A stretch of 49,774 bases of DNA from an uncultured Candidatus Saccharibacteria bacterium. Its GTDB lineage: Bacteria; Patescibacteriota; Dojkabacteria; JAOAGR01. Position numbers and translations under genes: made by a program. The DNA is taken from positions 1-49,774 of the forward strand of contig CAZVIJ010000005.1 in assembly GCA_964626735.1 (NCBI GenBank), in the 5' to 3' direction. Below the pieces are notes generated by a model. The model was given only the letters and a program-made list of their open reading frames with translations. It did not search any database and was not told the origin of the DNA. Shown here in pieces: positions 9,001-18,494 of the stretch (position 1 is the first letter of the stretch; every line of letters starts with the position of its first letter).

Positions 9001-12000
9001 TTAGAAATCGCTTCCCACTTTGATCGGGTTGACGGCAACCGTAGGAATCGAGTCGAGCGGTAACGTAATCGGCAAAGCCGACACTCCGATATCACCGACA
9101 CGTCTAAACGCAACCGCATCGGCTGCAACATACTTGTTTCCGAATCCGGTGTTCAAGACTACTTTCCCGTTGCTCGCCAAATCGTACGTACCGAGGTAAA
9201 CCCATCGGGATTCCGTGTAGTTAGGAATGGCAGACCCGCAAAGCTGTCCGTCAACGTATCGCTGGTCGACCGTTTTGGTATCTTTGAGATCGTTTCCGGA
9301 ATATACGGAATACGAAACTACTCCTCTATTGGATGCACATGCGTAATCGACGTAGACAGAGTACCTGCCGTTCAGCGCCGCATTTGTAGCCCACGTGAAC
9401 GTCTCGTTGTTCGTGACCTGGTTGGATCGGAAGAAGTCGCCTCCTATCATGAACTGAGCGACCGAAGCGTTATTCGACATATCCAGCTTGTTCCATGAAA
9501 GAGGATCGTAGGAAACGGTACCTGATGCATTGAAGTCAGCCGTCTTCGCGTTGTCGTCGATGACAATGTCCCTGGTTCCCGCGTACAGCTCCTTTACGCC
9601 GCCGAGAGCTGTTTCGTTGCCGAGAGCGTCGATTGCGGTCATCTTGTAGTAGTAGCTCGTGTTAGGGTCCTGAGTGGCGATATACGAATACCCTGTATTG
9701 CCTACCGTACCTACCAGCACGTAGCTGAGAGGGAGTACCGTGGCATTTGCCCGGTAAATCTTGTATGAGACTGCATCGCCGACGCTTCTCCACTCGACTT
9801 TTACTTGCGAAGAGTCTTCCTCGAGCCAGAAGTATGGCGCCGAAGGAGGGGTGGTATCGTACCTGACGCTGCACCAGTCGCTGTAGTCGCTGAAATTGCC
9901 TGAAAGATCTTTCGCCCGCACTCGGAATCGGTAATTGCCGTCGCCTTGATCGAACCGAAGGTTGTTCTTGGAGACTGAAACGAACGTCGTGGTAATGATC
10001 GTCTGCGTTGCATCAGAAGGTGACGGCGTCTCGAACTGATATTCGTAGCCCGATACCGGCAGCGAGCTTGAGTCTACCGAGATATCCCATTTAGCAAGCA
10101 GGTTGTTCGAGTTGGTGGAGCTCCCGCATGCAAGGTCTGGGTTCTGAAGCTTTAAGTTCGTGGGTACCGATGGAGGTGTGTTATCGACATACAACGACCT
10201 CGTTAAGATCGTGTTGTTTCCCGCCTTGTCTTTGGCGTAAACCGATAGCGTCTGCATCCCATCGAGGAGAAGCTTAGTATCGATACGGCATGTCTGTAAA
10301 CCTCCCTGCAGGCTCGCGTTGAGGCAGAACTTATTGGTGCTCGTACCGAAAATTACGTAAGTAGTCAAAAGGCCGTTTGCATCTCCCGCGCTGAATGCGA
10401 TATCGACCATGCCCGAAACTGACGACTGATCGGCAGGAACTGTCGAGTCGAATGCGAGGCTTGGAGATGTATTATCGACGAGGAGCTGGATAGGGGCATA
10501 CGTGTTGTTCTGGTCACCGAGGTTATTGTCCCGAGCATTGAATGTGAGGGTATATAGTCCGTCTGCGACCGATTTGAAGCCGGTACCGCTCTTCGTATCC
10601 CAATTTAGACAGTAGTTCCCTTGAGGAACTGGCTGGAAGGTACCGTTATTGACAGGTAGCGGCGAGAAATCGCCATCGCTGAAATATCCGGAAGGCAAGT
10701 ACGCGTAAAGGTTTGCCAATACATCGTTGTCGTAAACGTCTGCGCAGATTTGAACATTGCCCCCTATTACCGCGGTACCGTTTTGGTAGTAGTTCGGATC
10801 GTTGAATACGTTGACGTCGGCACCGAAGGCGTTAACGTTGTTGATGCGGTTGAATGTAACCGTCGGGGGGATTGTATCGGTAATGTTGTAGTAGGTGACG
10901 AGACCTAACGATGATTTGTCGAGCTGATCGGTAATCTTGTTGTTGGTTGCGATCTTGTCGATCGAGTTCATCGAGTTGCCGATCTTGCCGTTGAACGTTA
11001 CCGAAAGCGCATCAACCGGTGCTGAGTGGCTGACCAGCCGTATGTAGTCGTTGTCTATTCCCACGAATGCAAGGTTGTTCAAATTGATATTGGCACGTTC
11101 GCCTTCAAGTATTACCCCCTTGTCGCCGCCGCGAAGCTGAGTCGTTCCTTGGATATTAAGCGTCAAATTCTGCGGCGTAGGATTGAAGATTGCGTCGTAA
11201 ACGTGTATGCCCGCATTGCTCGGGTTTGAGATTAATACACCGTTGAGATTGACGGTCGATGGATAGCTGGCGTATCCGAAACGTGAGTAGTTCGCTAGCT
11301 GTACTCCAACGCTCGAATTGCTCACTCTACCACCAGAGATGGTGATGCCTCGCGGATTCTGCACGTTCCAAACCTGGTACCCGAAGTCGCCGTTGGTGAT
11401 ATTGTTGTTCGACAAGACGACATCGGTAGCATCGGCCATGTTAGTGATCCAAATGCCAACCCCCGGGTTCGTTATATTCGAGCTTCTGGTAACCGAGATA
11501 GTATTCCTCGAGATGGTGAAGACGGATGCCTGCTTAGCCTGGAGGTTATGCCAAATACCGGTGAGAAGGCAATCGAGGGTATTGTTGGTAATCAAGGCTG
11601 TTGTGCCTGGATTTGCTTTCGTATAGCTTCCTGTTTGGATACATCGCCTCGTTCGGGTCATCTGGTTGTTGGAGATTTCTGCATAGAAGTTGTCTCCTAT
11701 ATAGATGCCTGCGCCATACGCAGGAGGCTCGACATTATCGAATTTATTGTTGCGGATGTAATTGTTGGACGATGCCTGATTGATATCTGCGAGGTAGAGA
11801 CCGTCTATGTAGAAGTTCTTAATGACGTTGTTTTGGACGACGAGCGAATTGATAAGAGAGGCGTTAATCGCCTGCTGCGCATAGTTGGCGATCGCATACG
11901 CGGCATCAGAATTTGCCTCGTTCATCGGGAGACCGAGATTGAGACGCGGATTATCCCCGTCAATCGTGAAGCCGTCTATTGTGACATTGTTCGCAGCAAC

Positions 12001-12501
12001 TCCGATTACGATACCCTTGCCTGCTATATTGAGTGGATCAGTTGCGGGCGTGGTCAGGATTGCCTCCTGATTTCTGATGGAACTTGCTCCCCTAATACCT
12101 GCATTGGGGCCGACTAGGGTGACTTGCCTGGTAATCGATAAGCTTTCCGGGTAGAAGCCGGGGAAAACGGTAACGGTCGCTCCGGCCATGGAAGCGTTGA
12201 GCGCGTCTTGTATGCGTGCGAACGCGTTGATGCCGAAGGTTAAGCCTCCTCCAAGATCGGAACCTGCCGGAAGGCTCGTCCAATCGTCGTCAACCCATGT
12301 CGTTAGTTGGGAAGGGTTTACCGGAGCAGCAAAAACAACCGAGGTATCTGTTGGAGTATCGGCCGCTGAAGCTGGCCTGATAAATAAGGTAACGTTAGAC
12401 AGGAAAACGGCAAATACAAGCGATAGTATTGCTGATTTCCGCGAAATGGAAACAATTCGCTTAAGGTTGAGGCGCTCGATGTTTACCTTAAAGCTGTACA
12501 T
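9001..12501 (-). CDS. Giant secreted right-handed beta-helix (pectin-lyase-fold) protein with Ig/FN3-like domains and a golvesin-like C-terminal domain
   Basis: N-terminal TM/signal: ILSLVFAVFLSNVTLFIRPASA. PbH1-type repeats: NNVTIDGFTIDG, VVQNNVIKNFYIDGLYL, ISNNQMTRTRRCIQTG, VVLSNNNITNGDFGYQVWN. FN3-like segment: PSAPYFWLEEDSSQVKVEWRSVGDAVSYKIYRA...YYYKMTAIDALGNET. C-terminus: GRYSVYVDYACASNRGVVSYSVY...WVYLGTYDL...YVAADAVAFRRV. Confidence 0.75.
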   Translation of the reverse strand: MYSFKVNIERLNLKRIVSISRKSAILSLVFAVFLSNVTLFIRPASAADTPTDTSVVFAAPVNPSQLTTWVDDDWTSLPAGSDLGGGLTFGINAFARIQDALNASMAGATVTVFPGFYPESLSITRQVTLVGPNAGIRGASSIRNQEAILTTPATDPLNIAGKGIVIGVAANNVTIDGFTIDGDNPRLNLGLPMNEANSDAAYAIANYAQQAINASLINSLVVQNNVIKNFYIDGLYLADINQASSNNYIRNNKFDNVEPPAYGAGIYIGDNFYAEISNNQMTRTRRCIQTGSYTKANPGTTALITNNTLDCLLTGIWHNLQAKQASVFTISRNTISVTRSSNITNPGVGIWITNMADATDVVLSNNNITNGDFGYQVWNVQNPRGITISGGRVSNSSVGVQLANYSRFGYASYPSTVNLNGVLISNPSNAGIHVYDAIFNPTPQNLTLNIQGTTQLRGGDKGVILEGERANINLNNLAFVGIDNDYIRLVSHSAPVDALSVTFNGKIGNSMNSIDKIATNNKITDQLDKSSLGLVTYYNITDTIPPTVTFNRINNVNAFGADVNVFNDPNYYQNGTAVIGGNVQICADVYDNDVLANLYAYLPSGYFSDGDFSPLPVNNGTFQPVPQGNYCLNWDTKSGTGFKSVADGLYTLTFNARDNNLGDQNNTYAPIQLLVDNTSPSLAFDSTVPADQSSVSGMVDIAFSAGDANGLLTTYVIFGTSTNKFCLNASLQGGLQTCRIDTKLLLDGMQTLSVYAKDKAGNNTILTRSLYVDNTPPSVPTNLKLQNPDLACGSSTNSNNLLAKWDISVDSSSLPVSGYEYQFETPSPSDATQTIITTTFVSVSKNNLRFDQGDGNYRFRVRAKDLSGNFSDYSDWCSVRYDTTPPSAPYFWLEEDSSQVKVEWRSVGDAVSYKIYRANATVLPLSYVLVGTVGNTGYSYIATQDPNTSYYYKMTAIDALGNETALGGVKELYAGTRDIVIDDNAKTADFNASGTVSYDPLSWNKLDMSNNASVAQFMIGGDFFRSNQVTNNETFTWATNAALNGRYSVYVDYACASNRGVVSYSVYSGNDLKDTKTVDQRYVDGQLCGSAIPNYTESRWVYLGTYDLASNGKVVLNTGFGNKYVAADAVAFRRVGDIGVSALPITLPLDSIPTVAVNPIKVGSDF

Positions 12502-12708
12502 ATGAGGACGTTATACCACAATTTACTATAACGTTCAACAATTTCATTCTATACGACATGCCGTCGCTCTTTGCTTACCTGGATCCGGAATCCGTGAAAG
12601 TGATCGCCGCCCCCCGATCCACCCACACTATAGTACATTTCGTTTACGTCGAATATTCGCCTAAGCTATTCACTTTTCGTCGCTAATCCATTAATATAAC
12701 CGTAAACT

Positions 12709-13185
12709 ATGCCAAACGATCAATCACAACAAATGTCGCTGAACCGAAATCAACCGACACCTCAGCAGCCGCAGCAAGGCGCTCCAATGCAGCAGCCTGC
12801 TCCGCAACAGCAATTCATACCGTACGCAGCTTTTCCTGCAACGCAGAAACGGGAGTATGACCCGAACATCTACACGATGATCGCCGAGCTCGTCGACAGG
12901 AAGTATGGAGCTGAACTCAATCCCCAGGCACGGGAATTTGAAATCGCCCGAGTCTACAACAAGCTCGAAATCGAAATTTTTGAGATGTCCACGTTCCAGC
13001 TGTCTCCCGATAAGCAACAGGAGCTCCAGAAGATGACCGAGGACGCGCAAGTCAACCCAGGCAATCAACAAGAGGTAATCCTGAAGATTCGCGAGTACAT
13101 GCAAAATAACGTTCCCCAAATTGGCGAAATGGTCAATCAGTATATGATCGGCTTCAGGAACCAATACATGGCAGGCCGGTACTGA
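12709..13185 (+). CDS. Hypothetical protein with Gln/Pro-rich N-terminus
   Basis: The only long ORF in this interval. The antisense ORF is Leu/Arg-rich and looks spurious. No recognisable motif. Confidence 0.5.
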   Translation: MPNDQSQQMSLNRNQPTPQQPQQGAPMQQPAPQQQFIPYAAFPATQKREYDPNIYTMIAELVDRKYGAELNPQAREFEIARVYNKLEIEIFEMSTFQLSPDKQQELQKMTEDAQVNPGNQQEVILKIREYMQNNVPQIGEMVNQYMIGFRNQYMAGRY

Positions 13186-13350
13186 TCTCCGGTTTCTTTT
13201 TATGGTACAATGTACTTGTTAGCGACGCCGGTACGGTGAAAGCGGCGATGGCGCAAGCCAAAACTCAAAAACCTAATACCAACTTAAAGTTAAAAAGTTA
13301 GGTGGTACCGTGTGATGAGCACCCTACGGATTTCCGGGGTGCTTTTTTTA
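13185..13350 (+). promoter_or_regulatory. T-box riboswitch leader controlling leuS (candidate CUC Leu specifier)
   Basis: The T-box core TAGGTGGTACCGTG (13299-13312) compares with consensus AGGGUGGNACCGCG. Stem I distal elements are present: GTTAGCGA-CGCCG-GTACGGTGAAAG-CGGCG (13218-13248). CTC followed by A (13264-13267) sits in an A-rich loop. Terminator stem AGCACCC (13318-13324) pairs with GGGTGCT (13337-13343) and runs into T7 (13343-13349), 14 nt before the leuS ATG. Confidence 0.8.
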
Positions 13351-13363
13351 TGATTAAAGCACT

Positions 13364-15799
13364 ATGGCAACTACAAAATTCGACCACAAAGGCATCGAAA
13401 AAAAATGGAGCGAACGATGGGCTCAAGAGCACATAAACGCGACGATAGATAACGGCAAGGAAAAGATGTACATACTCGACATGTTCCCCTACCCGTCGGG
13501 AGCGGGATTGCATGTCGGCCATGTCGAGGGCTATACCGCAACCGACATCGTTTCGAGATATTACCGGATGAACGGTAAAGCGGTGCTCCACCCGATGGGA
13601 TGGGACGCCTTTGGGTTGCCCGCCGAGAATTACGCTATCAAAACCGGCATCCATCCGAGAATCAATACGAACGAATCGATCAAGACATTCAAGAAGCAGA
13701 TAGACGCGACCGGCCTCTCATACGATTGGTCCTGGGAGATCGGCACGCACAATCCCGACTACTACAAATGGACCCAGTGGTTTTTCCTTTTCCTATATAA
13801 GAAAGGACTAGCCTATAAGAAGGAAGCTCCCGTCAATTGGTGCGATAGCTGCAAGACGGTTCTCGCGAACGAGCAAGTGGTTGACGGCAGGTGCGAGCGG
13901 TGCGATACCGAAGTCGTCCAAAAGAATATGAGCCAGTGGTTTTTCAAGATTACCGACTATGCAGAACGGCTTATCAAAGATCTCGAAAAGGTGGATTGGC
14001 CCGAATCGACGAAAATCAATCAAATCAATTGGATCGGTAAAAACGAGGGCATTAATATAGAATACCCCGTCGTCGATCAGGACAAGACATTGACCGTCTT
14101 CACCACAAGACCGGATACTAACTACGGCGCAACATTCGTAGTCTTAGCCCCCGATAGCCAGTTCGTAAAAGAAAATATGGATGAGTTCCCGAATGCTGAA
14201 GAGGTTCGGAATTATGCGGAAGAAACAAAAAAGAAGACCGAGCTCGAGCGAATTTCCGAAGGCAAGAAGAAAACCGGGGTAAATACCGGTTGGAAAGTCG
14301 TTAATCGTCTCAACGGCAAGGAGCTACCGGTGTACGTCTCCGATTTCGTACTGGGAAATGTCGGCACGGGCTGCGTCGTCGGCGTTCCGGGACATGATAT
14401 GAGGGATTTCGAATTCGCTCAGGCGATGGGTATAGAAATCGTTCGAGTGGTCGTCGGCAAGGACGGCGATGCTTCGACTATTACCGACGCTTCCCAAGTC
14501 CAGGAGGAAGAGGGAACCATGGTCAACAGCGGATTCCTCGACGGGCTCGATATTCATGAGGCAACGAAGGTGATCATGGATCATATCGAGAAAGAAGGCT
14601 GGGGCAAACGCGTAGTCAACTATAAATTGCGAGACTGGTCTATTTCCCGTCAGCGGTTCTGGGGAGCGCCAATCCCGATAGTCTACGACAAAGACGGTAA
14701 CACTATTCCGGTTGAAGAAACTGATCTACCCGTCATGCTTCCCGACGATGTCGAATTTATGCCGACTGGTCGAAGCCCGCTTACCGACCATCCGGATTTC
14801 GTAACCGCAGACCCATCGAAGTATGGCGAAGGAGCGCGTCGCGAACCCGATACCATGGATACGTTCGTTTGCTCGAGCTGGTACTTCTTCAGATTTTGCG
14901 ATCCGCACAACGAGACAGAGTTCGCGAGCAAGGAATCGATGAAAAAATGGGCACCGGTCGATATCTACGTAGGCGGAGCAGAGCATACGGTGCTTCACCT
15001 CATGTATGCCCGCTTCTTCACCAAAGTACTGTTTGACGAAGGGTACATCGATTTCGATGAGCCGTTCCTGAAATTGAGACACCCGGGCACCATCATGGGA
15101 GAGGATAGCCGTAAAATGAGCAAGCGATGGGGCAATATCATCAACCCGCTTGACGTAATCGACAGCCTTGGCGCAGACGCGTTGAGAATCTACGAAATGT
15201 TTATGGGACCGTTCGATCAATCCAAGCCATGGAATACCCAAACGATCCAGGGTGTAAGGCGATTCCTCGACCGCGTATACGACTTCCGCAACAAGGTTAT
15301 CGAAGGTGAAGCGGATGTAGCGGTGGAATCCGAATTGAATAAGCTTATCAAGAAAGTCGGCAGCGATATTCCGCAATTCAAATTCAACACTGCGGTAGCC
15401 GAATTCATGAAGTTCGTGAATTTCATCGAAGAGAAAGGTACCGTGACCAGGGATCAGTGGTATCGGTTTATTACGACGCTCGCGCCATTTGCTCCCTTCC
15501 TCGCGGAAGAGCTATGGGCAGAGTCGCACGACTTCGATACGTGGAACGCCTCGTACAGCGTACACGCTCAAGCATGGCCAATCTTCGATGAGCAGAAAAT
15601 ACAAAGCGCAGGTATCGTGATCGGTATTCAGGTAAATGGGAAACTTCGGTCTGAAATCGAAATTGACCAGAGCGATTCCGAGGACGACATTAAGCAGAAA
15701 GCGCTTCAAAAGCCTGAGGTTATGAAGTGGACCGAGGGTAAAGAAATCAAGAAAGTAATCTATGTTCCCGGCAAGATTATCAGTGTCGTGGTAGCGTAA
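13364..15799 (+). CDS. leuS: Leucine--tRNA ligase
   Basis: 811 aa. N-terminus MATTKFDHKGIEKKWSERW. HIGH-type motif PYPSGAGLHVGHVEGY. KMSKS motif KMSKRWGN. CP1 editing-domain-like stretch TTRPDTNYGATF. Confidence 0.95.
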   Translation: MATTKFDHKGIEKKWSERWAQEHINATIDNGKEKMYILDMFPYPSGAGLHVGHVEGYTATDIVSRYYRMNGKAVLHPMGWDAFGLPAENYAIKTGIHPRINTNESIKTFKKQIDATGLSYDWSWEIGTHNPDYYKWTQWFFLFLYKKGLAYKKEAPVNWCDSCKTVLANEQVVDGRCERCDTEVVQKNMSQWFFKITDYAERLIKDLEKVDWPESTKINQINWIGKNEGINIEYPVVDQDKTLTVFTTRPDTNYGATFVVLAPDSQFVKENMDEFPNAEEVRNYAEETKKKTELERISEGKKKTGVNTGWKVVNRLNGKELPVYVSDFVLGNVGTGCVVGVPGHDMRDFEFAQAMGIEIVRVVVGKDGDASTITDASQVQEEEGTMVNSGFLDGLDIHEATKVIMDHIEKEGWGKRVVNYKLRDWSISRQRFWGAPIPIVYDKDGNTIPVEETDLPVMLPDDVEFMPTGRSPLTDHPDFVTADPSKYGEGARREPDTMDTFVCSSWYFFRFCDPHNETEFASKESMKKWAPVDIYVGGAEHTVLHLMYARFFTKVLFDEGYIDFDEPFLKLRHPGTIMGEDSRKMSKRWGNIINPLDVIDSLGADALRIYEMFMGPFDQSKPWNTQTIQGVRRFLDRVYDFRNKVIEGEADVAVESELNKLIKKVGSDIPQFKFNTAVAEFMKFVNFIEEKGTVTRDQWYRFITTLAPFAPFLAEELWAESHDFDTWNASYSVHAQAWPIFDEQKIQSAGIVIGIQVNGKLRSEIEIDQSDSEDDIKQKALQKPEVMKWTEGKEIKKVIYVPGKIISVVVA

Positions 15800-15800
15800 T

Positions 15801-15828
15801 AAAAAAGCCTCCAGCTATGGAGGCTTTT
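15801..15828. terminator. Bidirectional terminator between leuS (+) and ssb (-)
   Basis: AAAAAA-GCCTCC-agctat-GGAGGC-TTTT. The stem is 15807-15812/15819-15824. Confidence 0.75.
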
Positions 15829-15832
15829 ATAA

Positions 15833-16273
15833 TTAGAACGGAAGTTCGTCGTCGTCGACGCTTTTGACTTGCGGCTCATCGTCGTACGAGCTGTTTTGCT
15901 TTGGAGCGCCGCCGCTAAAGCCGCCTCCATCGCCATCCCTTCGAGAATCGAGCATGACCATATCAACCAGTCGAACCTTGAATTTCGTTCTTTGCTTACC
16001 GGAATCCGCATCGGTCCATACGTCTGATTTTAGCGTACCCTCGACGTATATCTTCGAGCCTTTCTTGAGGTACTGCGATACAACTTTCGCCAAACCCGAC
16101 CACGCTTCGCAGTCGACGTATATAGTTTGGTCGACCGTTTCGCCCGTCTGCTTCTTGTAGCTATCGTTTATCGCAAGCGAAAACTTCGCGACTTCTATTC
16201 CTTCACGAACTTGGACAACTTCCGGGTCGCGAGTAAGGTTTCCGATTAGAATAATTTTGTTTACTGATTTCAT
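15833..16273 (-). CDS. ssb: Single-stranded DNA-binding protein
   Basis: OB-fold N-terminus MKSVNKIILIGNLTRDPEV. Gly-rich linker. Acidic tail DDDELPF, typical of bacterial SSB. Confidence 0.9.
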   Translation of the reverse strand: MKSVNKIILIGNLTRDPEVVQVREGIEVAKFSLAINDSYKKQTGETVDQTIYVDCEAWSGLAKVVSQYLKKGSKIYVEGTLKSDVWTDADSGKQRTKFKVRLVDMVMLDSRRDGDGGGFSGGAPKQNSSYDDEPQVKSVDDDELPF

Positions 16274-16308
16274 AATATTTCAAGTTTAGCAAAATTCAGT
16301 TTGAATTG

Positions 16309-17169
16309 CTAATCACTAAACTTTGCTCCTTCCAACATTTTGAATGCTGCCTCCATTGCGGGGAGTGCGGATTTCTTAGGAGAGATCATTTCGAGGTGGT
16401 TGAGCGGCGCGGTTTTGCAGTAAGTTTCGGTACTGTAGCCGACAAGCACCGAGTACGAATTGGAGTTTTTCTTGGTGACGAAGGTGCCGGCGTACTCACC
16501 GCCACCCGAAAAGCTATGCGGGCACTCTTCGCTTCCTACCCCATCACCGAAGAAATACACCGGCAAAAAGGAGATCGTATTGTTGAGCTTTATTTGGCGG
16601 GGTTTTATTTCGTACGCTATACCACTTGTTTGCGATATATCTGAGACCAAATTGAGTGAATTGCCTTTCTTGTTCGCGAGCGTCTCGTTTTTTACCCGCA
16701 CGACGATATCGCTACTTTGCGACTCGCTCATCTGAAGGACCAGTGTCGCGCTGAGTTCATCGTATGCCATATAAGGAAACGATTTAGGCACGGAAAGCGT
16801 TACGCCAAAATCTTGGGGTAGTTCGGCGAGAGATGCTATTTTTTTGAACTGGGTCGGCACGGTTTCAGTGACCGATGGCGTTGGAGTCGGATACACGGTG
16901 CCGGTTGGGCTTGTCGGATATACTGTCCCGCCTACTTCGGGGGTATCGGTAACGGGTGTGCCGAATGTCGTTTTCGCGGTATTCGAGTTCGTTCCCGTAT
17001 CTTTGCCGGCCATTTTGTCTGAGTCGCCTGCTGTTTGGGAGGGCTTGCCGAGGGACAATCCAAGCAAGAAACTCAATATGAGAACGATGCAGGCGGTTGC
17101 TGATACAAGAATTTTTCTCAGCTTGCCTGATTTTATATGTTCTAATGTTTTTGCCCTGACAGCATCCAT
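16309..17169 (-). CDS. Membrane-anchored secreted protein (TM, Thr/Pro linker, ~170-aa globular domain), unknown function
   Basis: TM segment ILVSATACIVLILSFLLGLSL. Repeated TVYPTSPTGTVYPTPTPS linker. No recognisable catalytic motif. Confidence 0.6.
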   Translation of the reverse strand: MDAVRAKTLEHIKSGKLRKILVSATACIVLILSFLLGLSLGKPSQTAGDSDKMAGKDTGTNSNTAKTTFGTPVTDTPEVGGTVYPTSPTGTVYPTPTPSVTETVPTQFKKIASLAELPQDFGVTLSVPKSFPYMAYDELSATLVLQMSESQSSDIVVRVKNETLANKKGNSLNLVSDISQTSGIAYEIKPRQIKLNNTISFLPVYFFGDGVGSEECPHSFSGGGEYAGTFVTKKNSNSYSVLVGYSTETYCKTAPLNHLEMISPKKSALPAMEAAFKMLEGAKFSD

Positions 17170-17195
17170 GTAATCATATTACCCTTTTGTGGATG

Positions 17196-18473
17196 TCATT
17201 CAAGGCGTATGTCCGCGCCGAGGGTTTTGAACGTTTCTATAATGTCTGGATATCTTCGGGTGATCATGTCGGCGTTCGTGATGACGGTCTTTCCTTGTGC
17301 AGAAAGCCCCGCAAGCAGGAGGGCGTGAGCGCTCTGAATGATACTCGGAGCAGACACGGTCGTCCCCTTGTAGTTTGCCGATCCGAGCACGATGACGCGA
17401 TGCGGGTCAGCCATGATCATGCTGCCTCTCAACTTCTGGAGCTCTTCGGTGAAAAAAAGCTGCGTCTCGTACATGCGTGTACTGACGATCATGGTACCGA
17501 CCGCTTTCGATGCAAGCACAAGCGCCTGCGGCATGAGATCTACGGGAAACATCGGCCACGGCTGATCGTAGATCTTATCGATGTCGCCTCGGATGTTTGT
17601 TTTATTGATGAGCTTTTGGCCGCTCGGAACGAAAATGTCTTCTCCACGTATTTCTACCTGTACATTGCACTTGGCGAAATAGTTGAGGATATTCACCATA
17701 TGCTCCGGTATCGCGTTCTTGATCAAGATTTCTCCATCGGTGATGACAGCTGCGACAATAAGCCCTCCAATATCGATATGATCCGATATGACCGTCCATT
17801 CGCCGCCGCTCAAAGCATCAACCCCATCGACAACGAGCCTGTTCGAGCCGATTCCTTCTATTTTAGCCCCCAGCGAGACGAGGAAATTGCACAAGTCCTG
17901 CGTGTGGGGCTCGCATGCGGCATTGTAGATAACCGTGCGTCCCTTAGCTTTTACCGCTGCAAGCACGATGTTTTCGGTACCGGTGACCGATGCCTCGAGG
18001 AGCCAGAGATCAGAGCCGATTAATCCGTCGGTCTTGAGGGTATACCATGTTTCCTTGTCGATTTCCACTCCTAGTGACTTGAGGCCTTGGAAATGGGTGT
18101 CGAGCGGGCGATTGCCGAGCTTGCACCCGCCCGGATCTGAAATCTCGGCTTTGCCAAATCGGGAAAGCAACGGCCCCAAAAAAACGAATGATGTTCGTTC
18201 CTTTTGCGCTAGCTCCTCATCTAGCTTGTAGGTATTAATCGTCGATGCATCCAATCGTATCGTATTGCCTTTAAGGTAGGATACCTTACCGCCCAGTTTC
18301 TTGAAGACATTGAGAACGACACGGACTGCGGAGCTTTTAGGCACATTGTGGATGGTCACCGGCCCATCTGCGAGGATACTTGCGGGAATCAGCTTAATAA
18401 TGGAATTCTTGTTTGCTACGGGCGTAACCGTACCTGTGAGAGGTCTACCTCCTTGAATTACGATTTTTGACAT
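17196..18473 (-). CDS. murA: UDP-N-acetylglucosamine 1-carboxyvinyltransferase
   Basis: MSKIVIQGGRPLTGTVTPVANKNS. Active-site loop PGGCKLGNRPLDTH carries the catalytic Cys. 425 aa. Confidence 0.9.
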   Translation of the reverse strand: MSKIVIQGGRPLTGTVTPVANKNSIIKLIPASILADGPVTIHNVPKSSAVRVVLNVFKKLGGKVSYLKGNTIRLDASTINTYKLDEELAQKERTSFVFLGPLLSRFGKAEISDPGGCKLGNRPLDTHFQGLKSLGVEIDKETWYTLKTDGLIGSDLWLLEASVTGTENIVLAAVKAKGRTVIYNAACEPHTQDLCNFLVSLGAKIEGIGSNRLVVDGVDALSGGEWTVISDHIDIGGLIVAAVITDGEILIKNAIPEHMVNILNYFAKCNVQVEIRGEDIFVPSGQKLINKTNIRGDIDKIYDQPWPMFPVDLMPQALVLASKAVGTMIVSTRMYETQLFFTEELQKLRGSMIMADPHRVIVLGSANYKGTTVSAPSIIQSAHALLLAGLSAQGKTVITNADMITRRYPDIIETFKTLGADIRLE

Positions 18474-18494
18474 TTGACAGTTTTACCTACCGAG

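Noticed and set aside
13203-13211. An extended -10-like TGgTACAAT, considered as the leuS leader promoter.
   Set aside because: A start site there would leave no 5' strand to close T-box Stem I around the CUC specifier. The sequence more likely forms part of Stem I. The promoter location is therefore left open.
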